From Magnetococcales bacterium (lineage in GTDB: Bacteria; Pseudomonadota; Magnetococcia; Magnetococcales; DC0425bin3), in assembly GCA_015228935.1 (NCBI GenBank), contig JADGCO010000001.1, positions 148,103 through 212,102 of the forward strand: DNA of 64,000 bases, given 5' to 3'. The notes under the pieces are model-generated. The model searched no databases. It saw only the letters and a list, made by a program, of their open reading frames with translations, and had not been told where the DNA came from. Shown here one piece after another: positions 15,004-24,240 of the stretch. Both the position numbers and the translations under genes were made by a program. Numbering within the stretch: position 1 is the stretch's first letter; each line of letters opens with the position of its first letter.

Positions 15004-15028
15004 GCGGGATCCTGTTCAAAGATCCCGC
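15004..15028 (-). terminator. Possible intrinsic terminator after tuf
   Basis: Hairpin GCGGGATC-(9 nt)-GATCCCGC lies 28 nt after the tuf stop. On the minus strand it is followed by TGGTTTCGTCTTTGC, which is moderately T-rich. Confidence 0.35.
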
Positions 15029-15055
15029 CGGTTCGGCCTGACTTGGATGGCAGCT

Positions 15056-16246
15056 TTATTCGATGACCGTGGAGACGACTCCGGCACCCACCGTCCGGCC
15101 ACCTTCACGGATGGCGAAACGGAGGCCTTGCTCCATGGCGATGGGAGAGATCAGCTCCACTTCCAGCGCAATATTGTCACCGGGCATCACCATTTCGACG
15201 CCATCGGGCAGTTTCAGAATGCCGGTCACGTCGGTGGTCCGGAAGTAGAACTGGGGCCGATAGTTGGAGAAGAACGGGGTGTGGCGTCCGCCTTCTTCCT
15301 TGGTCAGGATGTAGCACTCGGCCTTGAATTTTTTGTGGGGGGTGATGGAACCGGGTTTGGCGAGGACCTGGCCGCGTTCCACTTCATCGCGTTTGGTGCC
15401 CCGCAGCAGAACGCCGATGTTGTCGCCGGCCTGACCTTGATCCAGGAGTTTCCGGAACATTTCGACGCCGGTGCAGATGGTCGAGGTTGTGGGCTGGAAG
15501 CCGACGATCTCGACGGTTTCACCCACTTTGACGATACCCCGCTCCACGCGCCCGGTCACCACGGTTCCGCGCCCGGAGATGGTGAACACGTCTTCGATGG
15601 GCATCAGGAAGGCCCCATCGAGGGGGCGTTCCGGAAGGGGAATATAGGCATCGACGGCATCCATCAACTTTTCGATGGCTCCCTTGCCCATCTCTCCGGC
15701 ATCCCCTTCCATGGCTTTCAGGGCGGAGCCTACCACGATGGGAATGTCATCGCCGGGGAATTCGTACTGGGAGAGGAGTTCCCGGACTTCCAGCTCGACG
15801 AGTTCCAGCAGTTCCGGATCGTCCACCTGGTCGGCCTTGTTCATGAACACCACCAGGGCCGGCACGCCGACCTGGCGGGCCAGCAGAATGTGTTCCCGGG
15901 TTTGCGGCATGGGACCGTCGGCAGCGGAGACGACGAGGATGGCACCATCCATCTGGGCGGCACCTGTGATCATGTTCTTGATGTAGTCGGCATGGCCAGG
16001 GCAGTCCACGTGTGCATAGTGGCGTTTGACCGTCTGGTATTCCACGTGGGCCGTCGAGATGGTGATGCCGCGTTCACGCTCTTCCGGAGCGGCATCGATC
16101 TTGTCGTAAGCCATGAACTCGGCCATGCCTTTTTCCGCCAGGACCTTGGTGATGGCCGCCGTCAGCGTCGTCTTGCCATGGTCCACGTGGCCGATGGTAC
16201 CGATGTTCACATGCGGCTTTGTTCGCTCGAATTTCGCTTTGGACAT
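15056..16246 (-). CDS. tuf: Elongation factor Tu
   Basis: 396-aa [43 protein letters not shown]...[26 protein letters not shown]. Confidence 0.99.
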   Translation of the reverse strand: MSKAKFERTKPHVNIGTIGHVDHGKTTLTAAITKVLAEKGMAEFMAYDKIDAAPEERERGITISTAHVEYQTVKRHYAHVDCPGHADYIKNMITGAAQMDGAILVVSAADGPMPQTREHILLARQVGVPALVVFMNKADQVDDPELLELVELEVRELLSQYEFPGDDIPIVVGSALKAMEGDAGEMGKGAIEKLMDAVDAYIPLPERPLDGAFLMPIEDVFTISGRGTVVTGRVERGIVKVGETVEIVGFQPTTSTICTGVEMFRKLLDQGQAGDNIGVLLRGTKRDEVERGQVLAKPGSITPHKKFKAECYILTKEEGGRHTPFFSNYRPQFYFRTTDVTGILKLPDGVEMVMPGDNIALEVELISPIAMEQGLRFAIREGGRTVGAGVVSTVIE

Positions 16247-16317
16247 GCCAATTTCTCCCAGCTTGAAGTAAGGCGGTGATATGTTCTACAGGTGTCCGGT
16301 CCCGCGAAGCTTGATAC

Positions 16318-16392
<75 letters not shown>

Positions 16393-16437
16393 ACACCTGA
16401 ATGCCGTGGGGTCCTGCCAACCAGGGTCTTTCCAAGC

Positions 16438-16511
16438 TGGAGCGGGTGGGGGGAATCGAACCCCCGTGATCAGCTTGGAAGGCTGACGTTCTACCATTGA
16501 ACTACACCCGC
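16438..16511 (-). tRNA. tRNA-Gly (anticodon TCC)
   Basis: Reverse complement is GCGGGTGTAGTTCAATGGTAGAACGTCAGCCTTCCAAGCTGATCACGGGGGTTCGATTCCCCCCACCCGCTCCA. Acceptor GCGGGTG/CACCCGC, anticodon loop CTTCCAA. Confidence 0.93.
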
Positions 16512-16570
16512 CTGTTCAGTTCCCCTTCACCCTCTGCTGATTTCAACGGCTCGCACGATCAGACAGACGG

Positions 16571-16655
<85 letters not shown>

Positions 16656-16696
16656 AAAGAATAGCCAAAAAGAAATAACAGAACGTCACAACAGGG

Positions 16697-17266
16697 TCAA
16701 GGGGATATCTCATTTTTTTCTGCAACACCTTCCAGGATGGTGACAATCCCCCAGGCCTCTTCCTGGATGGGGTTGCGGTAGGAGTGAACAACATTACCCC
16801 GGAACCGGGCACTGTCTCCGGCACTCAAGGTAACCACCTCTCCCGCCACATCCAGAACAACTTCGCCGCGCAGAACATAGAGGTACTCCTCGCTCCCCGG
16901 CGCATGAGGTTTACCATCATATACCGACTCGGGACGCAAGTGAAAGGCCTGTTGAAAAAAATGGAATACATTGGGGGGGGAGACATTCACGGCCTGGTAG
17001 ACCTCATCACCGGAAATCACCCGCCGCATCTGGTCCTGGCGATACACCTGGATCCGCTTGCAGTCCGACTCCACCAGATCATCAATCGATGTCCCCAGCG
17101 CCGCAGCAATCCGGAATACCACCGCCAGGGATGGGTTGCCGTCATCCCGCTCGGCGGTTGCCAATGTTGCCCGCGGAATTCCCGCCAAATCCGCCAAATG
17201 CTGCTGAGTCCATTTCCGCAGACTCCGAATGGCACGGATCCGCGTCCCTACCAGATTGGTCACCAT
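16697..17266 (-). CDS. XRE-family HTH transcriptional regulator with C-terminal cupin domain
   Basis: Track ORF 16697-17335 trimmed to ATG 17266 (MVTNLVGTRIRAIRSLRKWTQQHLADLAGIPRATLATAERDDGNPSLAVVFRIAAALG = HTH_XRE). The C-terminal half GSEEYLYVLRGEVVLDVAGEVVTLSAGDSARFRGNVVHSYRN is cupin-like. GGAGG lies 8-10 nt upstream of this ATG. Confidence 0.8.
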   Translation of the reverse strand: MVTNLVGTRIRAIRSLRKWTQQHLADLAGIPRATLATAERDDGNPSLAVVFRIAAALGTSIDDLVESDCKRIQVYRQDQMRRVISGDEVYQAVNVSPPNVFHFFQQAFHLRPESVYDGKPHAPGSEEYLYVLRGEVVLDVAGEVVTLSAGDSARFRGNVVHSYRNPIQEEAWGIVTILEGVAEKNEISP

Positions 17267-17400
17267 GGGCCACCTCCTCCCGGTCTGTTCATCACCCGGT
17301 TCCCTTTCTCCACCTGATTGGTCACCATGGGCCACATCCTCCCGGTCTGTTCATCACCCGGTTCCCTTTACTTCTCCAGATTGGTCACCATGGACCTCAC
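17255..17400. repeat. Tandem direct repeat, 62/63-nt unit x about 2.3
   Basis: Copies start at 17255, 17317 and 17380. Each begins ATTGGTCACCATGG, the reverse complement of CCATGGTGACCAAT that holds the regulator start codon. Copies 1 and 2 are near-identical over 62 nt. Copy 3 diverges after about 14 nt. Confidence 0.9.
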
Positions 17401-17744
17401 CATATCAGCCTGTTCCAGGCGCATCATTGACAAAATTACGACATTTTTGATGGTATACCATTTTTTTTTCTTGACGTACAGTTGGCAAATGCACCACAAT
17501 CCTTTCTCATTGGTGGTGCCCAGGTCACGATCACCGTCGCAACCCCGGCACGAGCGTGACACATCACCAGAGTCAAGATTCGATTTCATTGCGATGACTG
17601 AGTATTTTTTGCGTCACTTCGACACATCAACATGAATAGAATGCCTGACGCATCGACGATACGTTCAGGAGAGAACCGGTCCAACTGCCAGGGACCACCT
17701 GCTGACAACACCTCTAAAATCAAGACTGTCAAGGAGAGAATCCC

Positions 17745-18341
17745 ATGAGTGTATTGGTTACCAAACCGGCCCCGGATTTCAAGGCCACCGCTGTCATGCC
17801 CGACAACAGTTTCCAGGAAATTTCCCTGTCCGATTACAAGGGGCAATATGTCGTTCTGTACTTTTACCCCCTGGATTTCACCTTTGTCTGCCCCTCGGAA
17901 ATCATCGCCTTCGATCATCGGCTGAACGAATTCAAACAACGCAAGGTCCAGGTGCTGGGGGTCTCCATCGACTCCCACTTTGTCCACCTGGCCTGGAAAA
18001 ACACCGAGGTCAACAAAGGCGGCATTGGCAATGTGCAATATCCATTGGTGGCCGACATCAGCAAGGCCATTACCCGCGCCTATGATCTGGAAACCGGTCC
18101 CGGCATCTCCCTGCGCGGCTCCTTCCTGATCGACAAGGCCGGTGTGGTCCGGCATCAGGTGGTCAACGACCTCCCCCTGGGCCGTAACATCGACGAAATG
18201 CTGCGCATGGTCGATGCCCTGCAATTTTTCGAGGAACATGGCGAGGTCTGCCCGGCTGGCTGGCAGAAAGGTAAACCCGGCATGAAAGGCTCCACCGCCG
18301 GCGTGGCCGAATATCTGGCCCAGCATGCCAGCAAGCTTTGA
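17745..18341 (+). CDS. ahpC: Typical 2-Cys peroxiredoxin (AhpC/Tsa family)
   Basis: 198-aa ORF with the peroxidatic [10 protein letters not shown] and the resolving EVCPAGW motifs. Confidence 0.93.
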   Translation: MSVLVTKPAPDFKATAVMPDNSFQEISLSDYKGQYVVLYFYPLDFTFVCPSEIIAFDHRLNEFKQRKVQVLGVSIDSHFVHLAWKNTEVNKGGIGNVQYPLVADISKAITRAYDLETGPGISLRGSFLIDKAGVVRHQVVNDLPLGRNIDEMLRMVDALQFFEEHGEVCPAGWQKGKPGMKGSTAGVAEYLAQHASKL

Positions 18342-18378
18342 GTCGCTGCTTCATTCCCTGAATTCAAGGAGTCTCCCC

Positions 18379-18957
18379 ATGTCGATTACCCTTCCCCCCC
18401 TCCCCTATGATCTCAATGCCCTGGCACCCCATATTTCCAGGGAGACCCTGGAATTCCACCACGGCAAGCACCACCAGACCTACGTCACCAACCTGAACAA
18501 CCTGCTGCCAGGCACTGAGTTTGCCGGCAAATCCCTGGAAGAGATTGTCATGCGCTCTTCGGGCGGCATCTTCAACAACGCCGCCCAGGTTTGGAACCAT
18601 ACCTTCTATTGGAATTGCCTGTCGCCCAAGGGTGGCGGTGAACCAAAGGGAGAGTTGGCCAAGGCCATCAACGCCAAATGGGGATCCTTTGCCGCATTCA
18701 AGGAAGCCTTTGCCAAGTGTGCCGTCACCACTTTTGGTTCCGGCTGGGCCTGGCTGGTCAAAAATCCGGATGGCTCACTCGACCTTCTCAGCACGAGCAA
18801 TGCCGCCACCCCCATGACCCAGAACAAGAAAGCCCTCCTCACCTGCGATGTCTGGGAACATGCCTACTACATCGACTATCGCAATGCGCGTCCCAAATAT
18901 GTGGAAGCGTTCTGGAATCTGGTCAATTGGGATTTTGTGGCCGGAAATTTTGCCTGA
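18379..18957 (+). CDS. sodB: Fe-type superoxide dismutase
   Basis: Track ORF trimmed to ATG 18379, with AAGGAG 8 nt upstream. Sequence [36 protein letters not shown]...[11 protein letters not shown]...[13 protein letters not shown]. The AQVWNHTF signature favours Fe over Mn. Confidence 0.93.
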   Translation: MSITLPPLPYDLNALAPHISRETLEFHHGKHHQTYVTNLNNLLPGTEFAGKSLEEIVMRSSGGIFNNAAQVWNHTFYWNCLSPKGGGEPKGELAKAINAKWGSFAAFKEAFAKCAVTTFGSGWAWLVKNPDGSLDLLSTSNAATPMTQNKKALLTCDVWEHAYYIDYRNARPKYVEAFWNLVNWDFVAGNFA

Positions 18958-19002
18958 GCTTCCGCCTGTAACAATACCGGGGGTGACAGCCATGGTGCTG
19001 CA

Positions 19003-19128
19003 CCCCCCGGCATTTGGTCATACCCACTTCATCACCCTGGATCTTGGCCAGGTTTTATGGAACTGCCCCCCCGGCATCCGGTCACACCACTTCATCACCG
19101 GGGTCTTGGTCAGGTTTACTGGCCGGGG
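19003..19128. repeat. Imperfect tandem duplication, about 63-nt unit x2
   Basis: Copy 1 (19003-19065) is CCCCCCGGCATTTGGTCATACCCACTTCATCACCCTGGATCTTGGCCAGGTTTTATGGAACTG. Copy 2 (19066-about 19128) is CCCCCCCGGCATCCGGTCACACCACTTCATCACCGGGGTCTTGGTCAGGTTTACTGGCCGGGG. It lies between the sodB stop and the stop of the 1481-aa gene. Confidence 0.8.
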
Positions 19129-19183
19129 TAAATGAACCTGGCTGTGACCTTGGCTTTGTCCCGGATCCACCAATAATCAAGAC

Positions 19184-22100
19184 TCAGCTCTCTTTGGCAG
19201 CAATACGGAAACCGACATTGCCGATTCTTTTTGTCGCAGGGTCACAGCCACGAAAGTCAGACCGCAGGCAATCAGATGGATCAACCCAGGAGCCTCCCCG
19301 CAAAACCATTTTATCTCCCTCGTGGACAATTGGATCGAGCAGTAATCCGTATACATTTCTTTCATGATAATAAAAACTCCGACTCCATTCCCAAACATTT
19401 CCTACCAAATCACTGTGACCGTATGGTCCCTCTCCCAATGGATAAAGGCCCACCGGCGTTGGTACATTGATATTCCCACCAAAATTAGCATGTTCTGGAG
19501 TTGGTTTAGCATCTCCCCAAGGATAAATTCCCCCATCACGTCGTGTCGCCGCTATTTCCCAAACCTTCTCATCGGGTAAACAGATATTTTTTTCTGTCAA
19601 ATCACTTAACCACCGGCAGTAGGCCATGGCTTCAAACCAGGTAACATCAATGACCGGGCGATTGGGATACTGAACATGATGTTCCCACGCACCTGGTTCT
19701 TCCCACATATATTCCAGGCGCAGCTTCCAGCCCTTTTTGTCCCACCATTTTTCTTGCCGATACCCCTCTCCCTGTTCCATAAAAAGCTGATACTCAGCCA
19801 CGGTCACCGGATATTTTCCCAATTTCCATCCTGTCCCGGGAACCGGCAGCAGATTGTCTTGCTTCAGACGGGGGTCTCCTCCTTGCCCTAAAGCTTTTGC
19901 TGCTTCCATACGAGCTTCGATGGAAACTTTTTTTGCTCCTTCCAAGGTAAAAATTTCCATGGAACGCTCAAGCACCTTGCGATAAACGTCTTCAATCTCC
20001 ACCGGTGTTTTGTACTCGTAGGCAGTCATGGGTTGCAGAAGCCGGCCCATGATTCCGGCCATGCGGGCATTTTCTGCCAACGTGCTGTCTTTGCTCCGAG
20101 ACAACAACACCCTTTGTAACAACTGATCCACTCGTCTTGCCCCCCCCTCATCGAAAAGGGCACCGGAAAACAATTCGACCGTTTCCCGCCATTGGGGATT
20201 GTCCAGGCGGTCTTTGATGATCGGCCAATAGTCATCTGGAGAGTTTTCACCATCTCCCATCCATGCCAGGGCCTGGGCTGCCAGGTATTCCTGGAAGGTC
20301 AAATGCCAGAATTTCAGCTTTTGCGGTCCCACCTCTTCGACAATACCGCTCCCCAGGCACTCAAACCCCAACCATGACCGACCAAATTGTAAACGCTCTG
20401 ACTTGCTTGTTAATTGCGGAAAATGCCTCTGCACCCGAGGTTCCACTACCTCGGCTCCTTCCTGGAAATCAAACACCGCCTGTTTGCCACCCTTGCCACC
20501 CTTCATCATGGCCAGAGCCAGATCGGAAAATGCTTCCAGGGCAAAACGATCCTGGTAACCTGCATTCTTGCGCATGATTGTTCGGGCAGCAATCAACCAG
20601 CGCATGACGGCCTGGTAAACCCGTGCCCGGCCTTCCGGCAACTTTCCTTCGTTCCAATGAACCACGCACAAACAGGTCAACATGACCGGATTGGCTGCCA
20701 AGCGTCGAATGGCTGGTTTTTCCAGAATGGTCTGGAGCAGGATTGTGTGATGATCCTGGGCCACTGATTGTTCTGGTCTGCCAGCAGACCGTTCATGCAA
20801 TGCTGCCGACCAGCGAGTAATGAATTCACGGATCTCCGTCTGACTGAAAGGTTCAATCACAGCATGCGAAAATCCCAATCCCCGCATCTGCTTCACCCCA
20901 AAGGGACGACTGGAGACAACCATGGGACACTCTTTCCATTGTTGAACAGCATCCTGAACAATGGCGATCACCCGTTTTCGAATCTCTTCATCGGCCACTT
21001 CATCCAGGCCATCCAGGAGCAGAAAAACTTTTCCTTCTTCCAGCAGGGTTGTCCAATGGTGACGCCAATCCGCATCCTTTTTGGCAGTGAACGTCAGATC
21101 CAACAAATCCAACAACCGGTCGCATCCATGCCTTAATTGACTGACCGTGTCATCCTTGGTCAGGAGTACGGCCAGTTCCGAGAGTCTAAGAAACAGGGGA
21201 TAACGCGGTTCCTCTTTCTCGTCCATTCCCAAATATCGACCCCGCCAACTCCCTCCCGCCGGATGGGAAATTCCAAGCAAATCCTTGGCCAGCATGGCGG
21301 CCACCAGACGCAAAAAAGTGGTCTTGCCGGCACCTGGTTGTCCTTCAATGAGCAGTCGCCTGGATTGCGGCAGTAGTGACGCCAGGGAAGCCGAGTCTCC
21401 CTGCTCCAGGAATTGACCTTCCCTCACTTCACCCCGACTGCGCAACGGGGTGTACAATTGCTCAACATTGTACCATCCCGCATCCTGACTCCGCCCAGCC
21501 CCGGAACCAATGCCACGAATTTCAATCCTGCTCGTGCGCTCCAGCAAGGATTGCAGCCACGGTCGAAGATCCACAGTCGCTCTTGTTGCGCCATTATTGC
21601 TTTCCGACACTTTTTCAGGGGAACGAATCCGAATCCCTTCTGCCTGCTCCGGGCCAAAGGAGGTATCGTGCATAAAAAAGGCATTCCCCCCTCCGGTGAC
21701 AACCCTCTGCAAGGGCCAGATGCGTATTTGACCATCGGGATGCACCTCGCCCCAGGTATACCCCATGCTGCGCGACTCTCTGGCTGTGCCAAAATGTTCC
21801 AATCCGAACAACGAACTGGCCTGAAGGTAAAAACGGGGTTTGCCGCCAGATTCTGCAATACTCCAGGTGTGGTGGGCGTGCCGATGACCACACAGGAGCG
21901 CCAGGAAGCGTTCCGGGGTATAGACGGATTCCTTGAAACGACTCTGGGCATCCCTGGAGAGCCAATCCAGTGGATGGTGCATCATCAACAAGGCAGGATG
22001 TTCTTCCAGAATCCGCAAGGATGTGGAGCGACCGGTCGTTCCAGCCAACAGCAAGGCCTGCAACTGCTCGGCAGCCACTTCCAAACGCCCATGGGAATCC

Positions 22101-23629
22101 CCCTCCAGACACGCCATCCAGGCCGAATTCAGCCCGACAACGACCAGCGGCATACGACCCGGCAGGACAATCTTGACCAGCAAGTCACCAGGAAAATGCG
22201 AACGCCAATAAACACACCCCTTCCGTTGTGCCAATCCGGGCAGGATGGAACGTTCCAACCAGTTTTGATAATTGACAAAAAGCGGATTAAAAAACGCGGC
22301 ATCGCGTTTTTCCCAAAGGGTATCAAGGAGTTGCGCAATATAGGAATCATCCCGTCCCTTGCCAAAATTGTTCAAGATGGCGTAGGGAAAAGCGGCCAAG
22401 CCCTGGGGACGAACCAGGTCATGGTTGCCGGGAACTGGAATTACCAGTGGATCCTGGTCCATCCGGCCACTCCCCCGCAACCAACCCAAAAGCTCTTTCA
22501 GAAAGCCGTCCACAAACTGAAACTCTTCCGGTTGCCCACGCCAGGTCAGGTCACCCGTCAGGAGGATCAAATCCGGTACACCCGCAATCCTGACTCTCTC
22601 CAACAGGCTGGACTTGAATTCCTGATGAACCTGCCACCACAAGGAACGCTCGGGTGCCCCCAGGTGCAAATCCGAAAGGTGCAACCAGCGCAATGGCGCA
22701 TGACCGGCAGAACTCTCCACCCGGAGAACCGTTTTGCTGCTGATTTTCAGCAAGGTTTTGAACAAGGTTTGATAGTCGGCAAACAGGGCGGTGTCATCCA
22801 TCCCTTTGCTACTGACCAAAAGGGATTCATCCACCTCCAACGCGGGCAGGGAGTGAAGAACATGCACCTGTTGCACATTCAGGGTGGCCTCCAACATGTC
22901 GGCTGGTTCATTGAAAAATTCCCGCATATTTTCAGTCCATCTATCCTCCTCTAAAATGGCCTTTTGCGGAATACGAGTCACCACGGGAATCATGGCAATG
23001 GGTAGTGTATCAACAGGACGTTCTACCATCTTGATCCCACGCATGACCGCCCGTGTGCCCAGCAAATTTTCATTATTGTGGGCAAACAGGCACACCACCG
23101 TGTCAGCCAAAATGGAAATGGCCACACCTCCCACTTCGGTAATCCCGGTGCGGGCATCAATCAACAAATAATCCGGTTGAAATTGTTCGGCAATTTTTTC
23201 TTTCAGTTCGAGGAAGAAACCGATACCCCAGGGATCTTCCCCATAAAACATGTCGTGCCAACTCAACATGGCCAAATGTTTCCAATAATCTGTTTTTTCA
23301 GAATTTCCGGCGGCCAGCATGTGGATGCGACCGGCATGGGTTTCTGTCCCAATCGTTGCATCGGCCAGGCGAGGTTCCAGGACCAGGGCTGGAATTTTTT
23401 CCCACAGAAGTTCCTGATTGATTAAAAACCCATGCAGCAGGTCCACCACGCCCCCGGTCAATGGCTGCTGAAGCTGATTTTTAAATTTGTAGTACAATCC
23501 TGGGGCTTCCAGGTCAAAGTCCATGATAAAGACTTTTTTTCCTTCCCGGGCCAGGTATCGGGCCAGATTGGCAAGGGCCATACTGCGCCCCACTCCCCCT
23601 TTATATGAATAAAAAACGATGGTGTGCAT
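19184..23629 (-). CDS. Giant multidomain STAND protein: ParA/MinD-like ATPase, calcineurin-like metallophosphoesterase, NACHT NTPase, helical arm, FGE-sulfatase (SUMF1-like) domain
   Basis: 1481 aa. Residues 1-290: YSYKGGVGRSMALANLA deviant Walker A and LLIDARTG. Residues 313-640: the phosphoesterase motifs HLSDLHLG, LTGDLTWRG, PGNHD, MMHHP and CGHRHAHH. Residues 755-1000: LLIEGQPGAGKTTFLRL and VFLLLDGLDEV (NACHT Walker A and B). Residues 1262-1481: RPVIDVTWFEAMAYCRWL, GNVWEWS, LRGGSW and VGFRIA (FGE-sulfatase). Confidence 0.85.
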   Translation of the reverse strand: MHTIVFYSYKGGVGRSMALANLARYLAREGKKVFIMDFDLEAPGLYYKFKNQLQQPLTGGVVDLLHGFLINQELLWEKIPALVLEPRLADATIGTETHAGRIHMLAAGNSEKTDYWKHLAMLSWHDMFYGEDPWGIGFFLELKEKIAEQFQPDYLLIDARTGITEVGGVAISILADTVVCLFAHNNENLLGTRAVMRGIKMVERPVDTLPIAMIPVVTRIPQKAILEEDRWTENMREFFNEPADMLEATLNVQQVHVLHSLPALEVDESLLVSSKGMDDTALFADYQTLFKTLLKISSKTVLRVESSAGHAPLRWLHLSDLHLGAPERSLWWQVHQEFKSSLLERVRIAGVPDLILLTGDLTWRGQPEEFQFVDGFLKELLGWLRGSGRMDQDPLVIPVPGNHDLVRPQGLAAFPYAILNNFGKGRDDSYIAQLLDTLWEKRDAAFFNPLFVNYQNWLERSILPGLAQRKGCVYWRSHFPGDLLVKIVLPGRMPLVVVGLNSAWMACLEGDSHGRLEVAAEQLQALLLAGTTGRSTSLRILEEHPALLMMHHPLDWLSRDAQSRFKESVYTPERFLALLCGHRHAHHTWSIAESGGKPRFYLQASSLFGLEHFGTARESRSMGYTWGEVHPDGQIRIWPLQRVVTGGGNAFFMHDTSFGPEQAEGIRIRSPEKVSESNNGATRATVDLRPWLQSLLERTSRIEIRGIGSGAGRSQDAGWYNVEQLYTPLRSRGEVREGQFLEQGDSASLASLLPQSRRLLIEGQPGAGKTTFLRLVAAMLAKDLLGISHPAGGSWRGRYLGMDEKEEPRYPLFLRLSELAVLLTKDDTVSQLRHGCDRLLDLLDLTFTAKKDADWRHHWTTLLEEGKVFLLLDGLDEVADEEIRKRVIAIVQDAVQQWKECPMVVSSRPFGVKQMRGLGFSHAVIEPFSQTEIREFITRWSAALHERSAGRPEQSVAQDHHTILLQTILEKPAIRRLAANPVMLTCLCVVHWNEGKLPEGRARVYQAVMRWLIAARTIMRKNAGYQDRFALEAFSDLALAMMKGGKGGKQAVFDFQEGAEVVEPRVQRHFPQLTSKSERLQFGRSWLGFECLGSGIVEEVGPQKLKFWHLTFQEYLAAQALAWMGDGENSPDDYWPIIKDRLDNPQWRETVELFSGALFDEGGARRVDQLLQRVLLSRSKDSTLAENARMAGIMGRLLQPMTAYEYKTPVEIEDVYRKVLERSMEIFTLEGAKKVSIEARMEAAKALGQGGDPRLKQDNLLPVPGTGWKLGKYPVTVAEYQLFMEQGEGYRQEKWWDKKGWKLRLEYMWEEPGAWEHHVQYPNRPVIDVTWFEAMAYCRWLSDLTEKNICLPDEKVWEIAATRRDGGIYPWGDAKPTPEHANFGGNINVPTPVGLYPLGEGPYGHSDLVGNVWEWSRSFYYHERNVYGLLLDPIVHEGDKMVLRGGSWVDPSDCLRSDFRGCDPATKRIGNVGFRIAAKES

Positions 23630-23646
23630 GGTTCACCTGGACACTT

Positions 23647-24240
23647 TCAAGCGGGAGAAAACACCTGACCCTTGCCGGCTTTGGAATGAAGAACATCTTT
23701 TTCCTGAGATGTCCTATGCTTCATTCCCGGCAACACATTCTGCCGTTCATTTTTTTGCTTCTGGAGTTCTTCATTGCATAATGTTAAAATTTTTAACGTT
23801 TCCAGATACATTTGACGATTTTTTCCCATCGCCGGAGAGTGCAGCATAGCGATCATGATCGCCTGGGCTTGAAGAAAACGTTTCTTGGGCAACAATTCAT
23901 TTTGAATGCGCTGAAGAAAATCCTCAATCTTGTCGGCAGGCGCACGTTGCAAAAGCCGGATGGATGCATCTTGATTTTGTTCGGGTTGGTCCTGCAAAAA
24001 CTTTTTTGCCGCCTCCACGAAAGCGTTTCGCAAATAGACGATCAAAGCTTGCCAATCCGGGAAGGGAGGCATGGCAGACACTGGTTGAAAATTGCCGTTG
24101 GCAAGCAATTGATTCATGTCTGAGTCACTGATCCAGGGGCATCGTTCCTTACTGTATGGTGGTCGCAGGAGCCGTAATTTTTGTTCCATACGCACCACGG
24201 CCCACCCATCTTCCACTGAACATGCCAATAATTCAATCAT
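23647..24240 (-). CDS. Hypothetical protein (197 aa), operon partner of the NACHT protein
   Basis: Complete ORF. Its ATG overlaps the upstream stop (ATGA at 24237-24240), and it ends 17 nt before the NACHT gene start. I recognise no motif. The central and C-terminal part looks helical and is rich in charged residues and Gln. Confidence 0.6.
   Translation of the reverse strand: MIELLACSVEDGWAVVRMEQKLRLLRPPYSKERCPWISDSDMNQLLANGNFQPVSAMPPFPDWQALIVYLRNAFVEAAKKFLQDQPEQNQDASIRLLQRAPADKIEDFLQRIQNELLPKKRFLQAQAIMIAMLHSPAMGKNRQMYLETLKILTLCNEELQKQKNERQNVLPGMKHRTSQEKDVLHSKAGKGQVFSPA

Noticed and set aside
14885-16279. 464-aa plus-strand ORF overlapping tuf
   Set aside because: It is antisense to EF-Tu and has a low-complexity Gly/Asp/His-rich composition.
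17471-17500. Possible sigma70 promoter TTGACG-18 nt-CACAAT upstream of ahpC
   Set aside because: The -10 element is weak, the spacer is 18 nt and the element lies 245 nt from the start codon. It is not supportable without transcript mapping.
17586-18326. 246-aa minus-strand ORF
   Set aside because: It is antisense to the 2-Cys peroxiredoxin gene, which has both catalytic Cys motifs.
21413-22954. 513-aa plus-strand ORF inside the island
   Set aside because: It is antisense to the metallophosphoesterase region of the 1481-aa gene. It has no motifs and a biased Gln/Pro/Gly composition.
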